Source of the DNA: Natronospirales bacterium
GTDB lineage: Bacteria > Pseudomonadota > Gammaproteobacteria > Natronospirales > REEB76
Length of the DNA: 54,712 bases
Assembly: GCA_018971605.1 (NCBI GenBank)
Contig: JAGXAL010000003.1
Coordinates: forward strand, 1-54,712
Direction: 5' to 3'
Positions 1 through 7,978 of this stretch are shown one piece after another. The translations under genes were made by a program, and so were the position numbers. The notes below the pieces were generated by a model. It had not been told where the DNA came from. It saw nothing but the letters and a program-made list of their open reading frames with translations, and did not search any database. Within the stretch, counting starts at the first letter, position 1; every line of letters starts with the position of its first letter.

Positions 1-368
1 GACTGCATGGGCAGGGTGCCGAGACCGGCAAAGCGCTTGGGATGCTTGGCAACTACGCCGGCAATGTGGTCGTTGAGTATCCTGGCCAAGTCCAGAGTAT
101 CTTTCGGCTTGGCCCAGTAACTGAACATCACCGGCACGGTGGACAGCACCTGCACAGCCACGCCGTGTGTGTCGCATTCCTTGATGCGGGTTGGCGGATC
201 CCAGCAATTGGCTTCGATCTCGCGGAAAAATTCTCCATCGCGCAGCATGCGCGCGCAACCGGGGCCGTGATGCTCCAACTGGATGAAGCCGCCGTAGCCG
301 TAGCGCTCCTTCAGGTTCGGCCAATTCTCCGGCAAGATGTGGGTGTGGATGTCAATCTTGAATGTCAT
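1..368 (-). CDS. nbaD: 2-amino-3-carboxymuconate-6-semialdehyde decarboxylase (ACMSD, amidohydrolase family); 5' part, runs off the left edge
   Basis: Not in the ORF track. Manual translation from ATG 368 gives [28 protein letters not shown]...[17 protein letters not shown]...LNDHIA...[11 protein letters not shown], with the HxH metal motif and typical ACMSD segments. AGGAAAAGG lies upstream and nbaC is nearby. Confidence 0.92.
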   Translation of the reverse strand, partial: MTFKIDIHTHILPENWPNLKERYGYGGFIQLEHHGPGCARMLRDGEFFREIEANCWDPPTRIKECDTHGVAVQVLSTVPVMFSYWAKPKDTLDLARILNDHIAGVVAKHPKRFAGLGTLPMQ

Positions 369-375
369 TACCTTT

Positions 376-400
376 TCCTCTCTCCCTCTTCAGGGGAGAG
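376..400 (-). repeat. REP-like palindrome, family A (CTCTCCC-loop-GGGAGAG-AGGA), 5'-truncated copy
   Basis: Minus strand reads CTCTCCCCTGAAGAGGGAGAGAGGA, with the same stem and tail as the copies at about 2078, 6965 and 8758. Confidence 0.6.
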
Positions 401-408
401 CATAAGCG

Positions 409-467
409 GGCTCATGTCTGAGTTAAGTGGTACGCAGAAGTGCGTCCATCTAAAAGAATTATTAAGC
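409..467 (-). mobile_element. Degenerate integron attC site (59 bp) at the 3' end of the cupin gene
   Basis: Minus strand GCTTAAT-AATTC-TTTTAGAT-GGACGCACTTCTGCGTACC-ACTTAAC-TCAGAC-ATGAGCC is collinear with the short attC layout RYYYAAC-AATTC-RTTCAAGC...GCTTAAC-TCAxGC-GTTRRRY. The cupin TAA stop lies in the R''-like box. Confidence 0.6.
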
Positions 468-842
468 GTCTCCCGTTGGTACGATAGCTGCAGTCTCAAC
501 CATCAAAATGATCGCCCGCTCGGGAGCGCGAGTGCGATGCACAATTCCTTTTGGTATGACATAGCCCTGCTGTGCCTGAAGTTCAATGGACTGGTCTTCG
601 AGGTCGATGATGAAACGGCCCTCGAGGACAAAGAAAAACTCGTCGTCGTTGGCATGCTTGTGCCAGTGGTACTCACCCTGCATTACACCCAGCCGGATCG
701 CAGAGTCATTGACCTTGCATAAGGTCTGATTAAACCACTTGGCCTCGACCTGCGAGACCACACTGCGAACGTCCACGAGGCTGAGCGCGGGAAACAAGAT
801 GTTCAGGTTGGTGGTGTAAGGGGAATCGCTTGGCTGTGACAT
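462..842 (-). CDS. Cupin-domain protein (mannose-6-phosphate isomerase-like small cupin)
   Basis: Cupin motifs GEYHWHKHANDDEFFFVLEG and VIPKGIVHRT. ATG 842 has GAGG upstream and is preferred over the ORF-track start at 884. Confidence 0.85.
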   Translation of the reverse strand: MSQPSDSPYTTNLNILFPALSLVDVRSVVSQVEAKWFNQTLCKVNDSAIRLGVMQGEYHWHKHANDDEFFFVLEGRFIIDLEDQSIELQAQQGYVIPKGIVHRTRAPERAIILMVETAAIVPTGDA

Positions 843-880
843 GCAGTGCCTCAAAAGATTGGCTCGAGGAGACAAGGAAA

Positions 881-1504
881 TCACCCATTACTTGGGGGAT
901 TTGTCCCGGTGATTTTGGTGATATCGGCGTCCACCGTTATCCAATTGACGTGAAGATTCGGACGTTTTTTGAAATACATCAATAATTGGTCACGCTTGAC
1001 AAAGCAGTATGAGCACCACGGTGCCCAATATTCGAGCACGGTAAATTTGCCGGTGATGTCTGGTTCAATGATAGGCGATTTCTCATCGGGGATCAGAGAC
1101 CCAAGCCATGTATGTAAGGGTTTGCCATTTTGTAGCGGGGCAGGAGATGAGAATACGCGATCCAACTGCGCATCAAGATCGCTGGATTCGGCGGTACGCG
1201 AGAATATTTCGTTACCGGCCTTGTCGAAAACATAGAGCTGTGGCAAGACAAACACGGTGGCGCTAACCGTGCCGTGTTTACCCTCTTTCATGGCTTTCGC
1301 TTCTTTTGTCGACGCCTCCTGAATGCTTTTCTGCATCTCCGTCAATAGTTGTGCTTGTAGTATCTTGTTTGGCACTTTGTAGTGATACAGGCTGACTGAG
1401 ATCGGCAGACCATGGAATCCATCATAGAAATTAGGTGTTGCTGCCAACACAACACCGCAGGAAAGGCCAATCAGTATGATTGTTGATTGCAATAGTGGTT
1501 GCAT
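881..1504 (-). CDS. Exported thioredoxin/TlpA-like protein, apparently circularly permuted
   Basis: Signal-peptide-like N-terminus (MQPLLQSTIILIGLSCGVVLA), motif GKFTVLEYWAPWCSYC near the C-terminus, GGAGG before ATG 1504, visibly lower GC than the flanks. Confidence 0.7.
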   Translation of the reverse strand: MQPLLQSTIILIGLSCGVVLAATPNFYDGFHGLPISVSLYHYKVPNKILQAQLLTEMQKSIQEASTKEAKAMKEGKHGTVSATVFVLPQLYVFDKAGNEIFSRTAESSDLDAQLDRVFSSPAPLQNGKPLHTWLGSLIPDEKSPIIEPDITGKFTVLEYWAPWCSYCFVKRDQLLMYFKKRPNLHVNWITVDADITKITGTNPPSNG

Positions 1505-1518
1505 AATGTGATCCTCCG

Positions 1519-2040
1519 TTAACATTTCTTCGGAGGATCCATAATTACCCCGCATTTCTTGCAGGTACGGTTCTCCAAGCTCCCGAAAAATCGGTCAAAC
1601 ACCGGCGGGAACTGAGTTTCGATGTTTTCCAGGTGGAAGTATTCCTCGTAGAGTTTGTGGTGGCATTGCTCACAGAACCACAGCAGGCCGTCTTGTTCTT
1701 CCGGCAAACGCGGGCGCTCGATCACCAAGCCCACCGTATCGGCTTTACGCTGCGGCGAATGTGGCAGATGTGGCGGGATCAGCAGGATTTCGCCTTCGCG
1801 GATGGATATATCCACCGGCTTGCCGTGCTGCATGGTTTTCAAGACCATATCGCCTTCCACCATGTAAAAGAATTCTTCGCCGGGGTCGTCGTGGAAATCC
1901 TTGCGCGCGTTGGGTCCGCCCACCACCTGCACCACGAAGCCGGTGTCGGTGTAGATGCGCTTGTTGCCGACCGGCGGCTTGAGCAGCTCGCGGTGATCGT
2001 CAATCCATTTTTTGAAGTTGATGGGGGTCAGGTCCCACAT
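1519..2040 (-). CDS. nbaC: 3-hydroxyanthranilate 3,4-dioxygenase
   Basis: [24 protein letters not shown] and PHSPQR motifs; rubredoxin-like CEQC and CKKC pairs. Confidence 0.97.
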   Translation of the reverse strand: MWDLTPINFKKWIDDHRELLKPPVGNKRIYTDTGFVVQVVGGPNARKDFHDDPGEEFFYMVEGDMVLKTMQHGKPVDISIREGEILLIPPHLPHSPQRKADTVGLVIERPRLPEEQDGLLWFCEQCHHKLYEEYFHLENIETQFPPVFDRFFGSLENRTCKKCGVIMDPPKKC

Positions 2041-2077
2041 GAGCGTTTTCTCCTCGAGCCGGCGAGAGGAAGAACCC

Positions 2078-2115
2078 CCTCACTCTAATCTCTCCCCCGG
2101 AAGGGGGAGAGAGGA
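2078..2115 (+). repeat. REP-like palindrome, family A
   Basis: CCCTCACTCTAATCTCTCCCCCGGAAGGGGGAGAGAGGA: a CCCTCAC leader followed by a perfect TCTCTCCCCC/GGGGGAGAGA stem. Confidence 0.75.
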
Positions 2116-2131
2116 CTAGGTGCGAACCCAA

Positions 2132-2551
2132 TTATACGGTCGCGATACACTTCAGTTCGATTGCAATCGGCGTTGGTAACGCGGTGACTTGAACAGTTGT
2201 GCGGCAGGGTTGATTATCCTTGAAGTATTCCGCGTACACCCGGTTGTAAATAGCGAAGTCACGCTGCATGTCGGTGAGAAACACCGTGACGTCCACCAAC
2301 TTCTCCCAGCTCGAGCCGGCATCTTCGAGAATCAAGCGCACGTTCTCGAATACCGAACGGCATTGCGCCTCGATGTCGTGGCTGATGACCTTGCCGCTGG
2401 CGTCGAGTGTCACGCCGGGAATGTCCTTGCTTCCGCGCTTGCGCGGCCCGACGCCGGACAGAAACAGCAGATTGCCGACGCGGCGTGCGTGCGGATAGGC
2501 TCCGACGGGTTCCGGCCCTTGCGCCGAGTCGATCTTTTCGGACTTATTCAT
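2132..2551 (-). CDS. nbaF: RidA/YjgF-family protein, probable 2-aminomuconate deaminase
   Basis: PVGAYPHARRVGNLLFLSG, PCRTT and IELKCIA RidA motifs. Overlaps the ALDH stop and precedes nbaC; substrate inferred from context. Confidence 0.85.
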   Translation of the reverse strand: MNKSEKIDSAQGPEPVGAYPHARRVGNLLFLSGVGPRKRGSKDIPGVTLDASGKVISHDIEAQCRSVFENVRLILEDAGSSWEKLVDVTVFLTDMQRDFAIYNRVYAEYFKDNQPCRTTVQVTALPTPIAIELKCIATV

Positions 2552-3989
2552 ATTTGATACAGACGTTGCGCGCTTCGGTGAAAAACCGCATGGCTTCCCA
2601 ACCGCCTTCGCGGCCGGTGCCGGATTGTTTGACGCCGCCCATGGGCACGCGCAAGTCGCGCAGCATCCAGCAATTTACCCAGATGAGGCCGGCTTCGAGG
2701 CGCGCGGCGATACGGTGGCAGCGTGAGACATCGCGGCTCCACAGCGAGGCGGCGAGTCCGTAGGGCGTGCCGTTGGCCCAGGCGATGGCCTGTTCTTCGC
2801 TGTCGAAGGGAATCAGCGTGACCACGGGACCGAAAATTTCTTCCTGATTGGTGCGACAGTCTGGAGGCAGGTTCTCGATGACCGTAGGTTCCACAAACCA
2901 ACCCTTGGCGCAGCGGCCATTGAGGTTCGCGCGTCGCCCGCCGCACAGGACTTTGCCACCTTCCTTGCGCGCCAAGTCCAGATAACCCAGCACTTTTTGC
3001 AGGTGTGGCTCGGAGACCAGCGCGCCTTGTTCGGTCTGTTCGTCCAGCGGATCACCGAGCCTGAGCGCCTGGGCGCGCTTCACGAACTCGTCGCGGAAAC
3101 GTGCGTACAGACTGCGCTCGATAAATATGCGTGAGCCGCACAGGCAAATTTCGCCCTGGTTGGAGAAGGCCGCGCGCAGGCTTTCCGCCACGGTGCGCTC
3201 GAAGTCACAATCCGCGAATACCAGCGTGGGATTCTTGCCGCCCAACTCCAGCGAGAGTTTCTTGAATTTGGGCGCAGCGTGGCTGGCGATGTTGGCGCCG
3301 GTTTTGGTGCCGCCGGTGAAGGAGATCGCCTTCACTTCGGGATGCTCGACCAGCAGCGCGCCGGCCTTGGGGCCGAGACCGTGCACCACGTTGAGTACGC
3401 CCGCCGGCAAACCCGCTTCAATGCACAGTTTGGAAAACAGATAAGCCGTCATCGGCGTCAATTCGGAGGGCTTGGCCACCACGCAGTTGCCGGCGGCGAG
3501 CGCCGGCGCGAGCTTCCAGGTGAAGAGGTACAGCGGCAGATTCCAGGGCGAGATGCAGCCCACCACGCCAAGCGGCGAACGCAATGTGTAGTTGATGGCG
3601 CCGGATTCCATGGCGTGCGATTCGCTCGCGAATTGACTGGCGGCGGCGGCAAAGAAGCGCAGATTGGCGGCGGCGCGCGGGATGTCCACGCTGCGCGCAA
3701 CCGCGAGCGGTTTGCCGGAGTCCAGGCTTTCGGCGCGCGCCAGTATTTCAAGATCGCGTTCCACCAGCGTTGCGAGCCGGTGCAGCCACTCGCCGCGCTC
3801 CGCGGCGGGCGTGGCTGACCATTGGGGAAAGGTGCGCCGGGCCGCGGCCACGGCGTTGTCTATGTCAGTCTTGTGGGAGTCGGGGATGCGTGCGTAAGCC
3901 TGTCCCGCGGCCGGCTCGAAGTCCTCGAGCCAGCCGCCGGAGACGGCGGGTACCAGTTGTCCGTCTATATAGTTGGAGATCGTTTGCAT
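2544..3989 (-). CDS. nbaE: Aldehyde dehydrogenase, probable 2-aminomuconate 6-semialdehyde dehydrogenase (ALDH8-like)
   Basis: ISPWNLP, SFTGG, LELGGKNP (catalytic Glu), GEICLCGSR (catalytic Cys) and EEIFGPV; operon with nbaC and ACMSD. Confidence 0.88.
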   Translation of the reverse strand: MQTISNYIDGQLVPAVSGGWLEDFEPAAGQAYARIPDSHKTDIDNAVAAARRTFPQWSATPAAERGEWLHRLATLVERDLEILARAESLDSGKPLAVARSVDIPRAAANLRFFAAAASQFASESHAMESGAINYTLRSPLGVVGCISPWNLPLYLFTWKLAPALAAGNCVVAKPSELTPMTAYLFSKLCIEAGLPAGVLNVVHGLGPKAGALLVEHPEVKAISFTGGTKTGANIASHAAPKFKKLSLELGGKNPTLVFADCDFERTVAESLRAAFSNQGEICLCGSRIFIERSLYARFRDEFVKRAQALRLGDPLDEQTEQGALVSEPHLQKVLGYLDLARKEGGKVLCGGRRANLNGRCAKGWFVEPTVIENLPPDCRTNQEEIFGPVVTLIPFDSEEQAIAWANGTPYGLAASLWSRDVSRCHRIAARLEAGLIWVNCWMLRDLRVPMGGVKQSGTGREGGWEAMRFFTEARNVCIKYE

Positions 3990-4019
3990 CTTGTGGGTCT
4001 GGCCATGCAGTGGCTATGG

Positions 4020-4028
4020 ATTTTACCA
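4020..4028 (-). promoter_or_regulatory. Candidate extended -10 (TGnTAAAAT) for the 3-hydroxyanthranilate operon
   Basis: Minus strand TGGTAAAAT about 30 nt upstream of the ALDH ATG; no clear -35. Confidence 0.4.
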
Positions 4029-4112
4029 GTGTGGCCCGGCTTGATGGGCAGGCTGCGTCACCGTGCTTTCTTTAAAGGCGGCATTTTGCCGCGATTCCTG
4101 TCCCCGGCTTGT

Positions 4113-4249
4113 CTTCCCCTTCCGAAGGAAGGGGTGTTTTACTTCCCCTTCGCTTGCGAAGGGGGATTGAAGGAGATGTCTCTTCATGTACGCGTGACAG
4201 CATCCCCCGATGCTGCGCATCGGCCCCCTTCGTTCCGAAGGGGGGCAAG
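4113..4249. repeat. Cluster of three CCCCTT-loop-AAGGGG palindromes (REP/BIME-like)
   Basis: Hairpins at about 4113-4134, 4142-4177 and 4202-4249. The second and third are related units in inverted orientation (ATCYCC...CCCCCTTCG..CGAAGGGG). Confidence 0.7.
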
Positions 4250-4258
4250 CAGAAGGCG

Positions 4259-6070
4259 TCAATGGGGCGATGTGGAAGCGGGCGCGGGATCGCGCGTGAT
4301 AGTGGTGTACTGCTTCGCCAGTTTCTCGAAGTGTGGGTCGTCGTGCAGCGGCGTGATGAACTCGGGATTGATGGCAAGATCATTGCAGGCGATCGGAGCG
4401 GCGGCGCAGAGGCCTGGCAACATTGACATCGCGGTTTCCTTCTCGCCCAGCGCCAGATAGAGCTGTATCAGGCCGGATTGCGAGAACGGACTGAGCTTGG
4501 CGTGGCTCAGACTAGCCAGCGCGGCCAGCGCCTTGGGACGCAGCGTGGGTTCGAGCCGCGTCTGATACGTGAGCCGGCCCGCCTCGATCAACTTCCTGTC
4601 CAAGGCTGTACTTGGTTGTGCGAGATCGAACGCTTTGACCGCGTCCTCGCCGCGCTGCATCTCGGCGTACGCAAAGGCGAGATAGAACGCAGCATCGATG
4701 CCGTGCGGCGAGAGCCTGTTCAGCGCCAGCGATGCCGCGACCATCTGCGGCCAGTTGGACAGATCCTGGTAATACGAGGCGAGACTAACCTGCACTTCTG
4801 CGCTGTCCGGATCGAGTCGCGCGGCTTCCTGTGACTGGGCCAGCGCTTGCTGGATCGGCAGCACGTCGCTGTAAACGTCATGAGCGGCCGCATTGCTGGG
4901 ATCGAGCGCCAGTGCCTGCTTCAATTCCGCCTTGGCCTCGGCGATGCGGTTGTCGTTGACATCCGCATTGCCCAGTGCCACCAATGCGTTGACGTTGTGT
5001 GGGTCGAGCGCCAGCGCCTTCTGCGCCGCCGAGCGGATTTTCGGTAGGACTTCCTTCAGCGGCAGCGTCGAGATTTCCGACAACTTTACGTAAGTTTCTG
5101 CCAGCCCGGCCCAGGCGTCGGCATAGCTGGGATCGAGTTTCACGGCCTGCTGGAAATAATCCTCTGCCGCTTGCATATCAGCCGCGGTGAAGCGATCCAT
5201 GGCCGCGAGACCCTTGAGATAGAGTTGGTGCGCCTCCGGATTCTGCGTCGGTGCGCCTTGCATCGCAGCAAACTTCACCTTGAGCGCATCCGCGACCGCG
5301 ACGGTGATCTTGTCCTGCACTGCGAAGATGTTCTTGAAACTGTCGTCGTAGTGCTCCGACCACAGTTGCCGGCCGGTGACCGTGCTGACCAATTCCACCG
5401 ATACCCGCACCTGATCGCCGTCGCGCTGGATGCTGCCATCCACGATGTGCGCCACGTTCAGCGCCTTGCCGATCTCGGCGGGTGATTGTTTGCCGGTTGA
5501 ATATCTGGAAGCCGTGCCCCATGCGATCACGGTGAGGCCGGTGTTCTGGCCCAGGGCATCGGTGAGTTCCTCGGTAATGCCGTTGCTGAAATACGCCTGT
5601 TCGGGATCACCGGAGAGGTTGGTGAATGGCAACACCACAATGGAAGCGGAGGGCGGATTGAAGATAGGCGCTGCCGGTTTGGCCTCGGTTTGGGCGGCCG
5701 TCTGTTCCGCCGCTACGCGTTGTTCGGAAAAGCGGAAGGCGAAAATACCGGAGACCACCACCGCCGAGATGATCAGGGGCACGACGACGGCGCCGAGCTT
5801 CCAGTGCCGCCGCTGCCAAGTGGTTTGGTTGTCGAGCGCCGCAGGCTTGACCAGCAGCCAAGACAGCGCCAGCGCTACCGGAAAGCCCGCAATCAGAATG
5901 ATGATGATCGCCGGCACTGCCGCCGACCAGCCGAAATACGGAAAGGCACGCGCTACAATCTGAATCAGCACCGCGATGGACGCGCCATACCACGCTGCGA
6001 CGCGGTAGATATGGTGCTGCTTGAGGCGAGTGAAGATACCCGGCGGGTTGTTGTTTTCGTTACGGTCCAC
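4259..6070 (-). CDS. Membrane-anchored TolB-N-like (SIVVLPF) domain + TPR protein
   Basis: About three N-terminal hydrophobic helices after LKQHHIYRVAAWY, then SIVVLPFTNLSGDPEQAYFSNGITEEL, then several TPR-like repeats (AVKLDPSYADAW, ALALDPHN, ALALDPSN). Confidence 0.8.
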   Translation of the reverse strand: MDRNENNNPPGIFTRLKQHHIYRVAAWYGASIAVLIQIVARAFPYFGWSAAVPAIIIILIAGFPVALALSWLLVKPAALDNQTTWQRRHWKLGAVVVPLIISAVVVSGIFAFRFSEQRVAAEQTAAQTEAKPAAPIFNPPSASIVVLPFTNLSGDPEQAYFSNGITEELTDALGQNTGLTVIAWGTASRYSTGKQSPAEIGKALNVAHIVDGSIQRDGDQVRVSVELVSTVTGRQLWSEHYDDSFKNIFAVQDKITVAVADALKVKFAAMQGAPTQNPEAHQLYLKGLAAMDRFTAADMQAAEDYFQQAVKLDPSYADAWAGLAETYVKLSEISTLPLKEVLPKIRSAAQKALALDPHNVNALVALGNADVNDNRIAEAKAELKQALALDPSNAAAHDVYSDVLPIQQALAQSQEAARLDPDSAEVQVSLASYYQDLSNWPQMVAASLALNRLSPHGIDAAFYLAFAYAEMQRGEDAVKAFDLAQPSTALDRKLIEAGRLTYQTRLEPTLRPKALAALASLSHAKLSPFSQSGLIQLYLALGEKETAMSMLPGLCAAAPIACNDLAINPEFITPLHDDPHFEKLAKQYTTITRDPAPASTSPH

Positions 6071-6118
6071 GCTGCCCTCCGGCGCGGGATTATGCCTGAT
6101 TTCCCGCGTTGAGCATCC

Positions 6119-6958
6119 TCAATTTACCCCTGGCCGCTGCGCGCGGGGGCAGTCCACGCAGCACCAACCGCCGCTGTCAGAGCCGTCGAGGCGCAGCGCC
6201 GAGAGCCGCCCGCCCCAGACACAGCCGGTATCCAGCGGATAAACATTGTGGCCTTTGACTTCGCCGACCGTGGACCAGTGGCCGAAGAGGATGTGCAGAT
6301 TGGCGCTGGCGCGGTTTGGCACCGTGTACCACGGCATGAAGCCCGCAGGCTGGCTTCCGGGCGCGCCCTTGCTGGCCAGATCCAGGTCGCCGTCTGCGTT
6401 AACGTAGCGCAGGCGTGTGAAGCAGTTGACGATGAAGCGCAAGCGTTCGATGCCATTCAACTCCGGCGACCAGCGCGCCGGCTGGTTGCCGTACATGTGG
6501 CGGAAGAATTCCGCGTGATCGGCGCTGCGCAGCACCTGTTCCAATTCCTGCGCGCAGGCGCTGGCGGTGGCGAGATCCCACTGCGGCGGGAGACCGGCAT
6601 GCACCAACGTGAAGCCCAGCGTCGCGTCGTGATGCAGCAGCGGCCGGTGGCGCAGCCAGCGCAGCAATTCGTCGCGGTCCGGCGCGGCCAGTACGGCATT
6701 CAGCGTGTCCGCAGACCGGTGTTTGTCGACGCCGGCCGCCAGCGCCAGCAGATGCAAGTCGTGATTGCCGAGCACAGAGATGGCGCGTGCGTCCAGGCTT
6801 TTCACGAAACGTAGCGCATCCAGCGATTTCGGCCCGCGGTTCACCAGGTCGCCGGTGAACCACAGCGTGTCTTCGGCCGGGTTGAACTTGATGCGCGCTA
6901 GCAGCTGCTGGAGCTCGTCGTAACAACCCTGGATGTCGCCGACGGCGAAGATAGACAT
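6119..6958 (-). CDS. apaH: Symmetrical bis(5'-nucleosyl)-tetraphosphatase
   Basis: GDIQG, GDLVNRG, LGNHD, FGHW and LDTGCVWG; follows apaG. Confidence 0.97.
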   Translation of the reverse strand: MSIFAVGDIQGCYDELQQLLARIKFNPAEDTLWFTGDLVNRGPKSLDALRFVKSLDARAISVLGNHDLHLLALAAGVDKHRSADTLNAVLAAPDRDELLRWLRHRPLLHHDATLGFTLVHAGLPPQWDLATASACAQELEQVLRSADHAEFFRHMYGNQPARWSPELNGIERLRFIVNCFTRLRYVNADGDLDLASKGAPGSQPAGFMPWYTVPNRASANLHILFGHWSTVGEVKGHNVYPLDTGCVWGGRLSALRLDGSDSGGWCCVDCPRAQRPGVN

Positions 6959-6964
6959 TATTTC

Positions 6965-7001
6965 CCCTCACTTTGGTATCTCCCCCCGCGGGGAGAGAGG
7001 A
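6965..7001 (+). repeat. REP-like palindrome, family A
   Basis: CCCTCACTTTGGTATCTCCCCCCGCGGGGAGAGAGGA between apaG and apaH. Confidence 0.7.
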
Positions 7002-7047
7002 CAAGGAAGGCGATTTTGCAAACGCGAATTGCAAAACCGCCGTCAAT

Positions 7048-7431
7048 TCAGTGCAACAGGCCGGGGACTGCCAAGCGGAAAGGCGCGATGGGTGCGTCGA
7101 AGTGTTCGCCCTGGTCGTTGATCATTTGGTAGGCGCCCTGCATGGCGCCCACCGGGGTTTCCAGGATCGCGCCGCTGGAATAGCGGAAACCCTCGCCGGG
7201 TTTGAGATACGGCTGTTCGCCCACGACACCTTCGCCGCGCACTTCTTGCACCTTGCCGTTGGCATCGGTGATCAGCCAGTGGCGGGTGAGCAGTTTGGCC
7301 GGCACCAAGCCTTCGTTGCGGATGGTGATGGTGTAGGCGAACGCGAAGCGGTTCTGCGCCGGATCGGATTGCGCCGGCACAAACGCGGTTTCCACGTCCA
7401 CGCGGATGCTGTTGCTGGTCGGATTGTTCAT
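7048..7431 (-). CDS. apaG: ApaG protein
   Basis: [16 protein letters not shown] and [11 protein letters not shown]. Confidence 0.97.
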   Translation of the reverse strand: MNNPTSNSIRVDVETAFVPAQSDPAQNRFAFAYTITIRNEGLVPAKLLTRHWLITDANGKVQEVRGEGVVGEQPYLKPGEGFRYSSGAILETPVGAMQGAYQMINDQGEHFDAPIAPFRLAVPGLLH

Positions 7432-7485
7432 GGCGACTGGAGCTGGGAGTACGCGCTTATTTTACCGGAATTGGCGCCAAGCCAA

Positions 7486-7920
7486 TCAACTCAAGCGTAC
7501 TACGAGCACGTCACACGGCGTCTTGTGCACCAGAGATTTCTCGGTTGAGCCCATGAGCAGCGCCAAGCCGTGACGGCCGTGACTGCCGAGCACCAGCAGA
7601 TCGGCCTTCTCCTCGGCGACCACCCGCAGGATTTCCGCCTTGATGTTGCCGACCTCCACGCGCCGCGCAGCCGATTGCAGGCCCAGGTTGTCGCACAAGG
7701 CGTCGAGCCGCCGGCGTGCGCCCTGCACGAGCTCGCCTTCGATGTCCACCGGCGGCGGCAACAGTGCTTCGCCGGCCGGATCCACGGGAATGAACTCCAC
7801 TACGTGCAGCAGGCTCAGCTTGGCGCCGTAACGGCCGGCCAGTTCCTGGGCGCGGTGGGCTACAGCCTCGCTACCCGGCGTCAGGTCCACGGCGATGAGA
7901 ATGTGTTGGTATCCGCTCAT
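7486..7920 (-). CDS. Universal stress protein
   Basis: YQHILIAVD, DLLVLGSHGRHG...GST and PCDVLVV. Confidence 0.93.
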   Translation of the reverse strand: MSGYQHILIAVDLTPGSEAVAHRAQELAGRYGAKLSLLHVVEFIPVDPAGEALLPPPVDIEGELVQGARRRLDALCDNLGLQSAARRVEVGNIKAEILRVVAEEKADLLVLGSHGRHGLALLMGSTEKSLVHKTPCDVLVVRLS

Positions 7921-7978
7921 GGTGCTCCTCCGGTTGGAGCGTCAAGTATACGGGCGTCCGGTCTGGATGCCAGCTTGC

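Noticed and set aside
42-722. 226-aa plus-strand ORF
   Set aside because: Antisense shadow of ACMSD and the cupin, which carry clear motifs on the minus strand.
843-900. A second attC after the Trx-like gene (cassette array)
   Set aside because: No R''/L-box/R' layout is recognisable, so only one attC-like site is supported.
861-2060. 12-bp inverted repeat GGCTCGAGGAGA (861-872) / TCTCCTCGAGCC (2049-2060) flanking the Trx-like gene and nbaC
   Set aside because: Short, no transposase or target duplication, and one copy doubles as the nbaC ribosome binding site; chance or repeat debris is sufficient.
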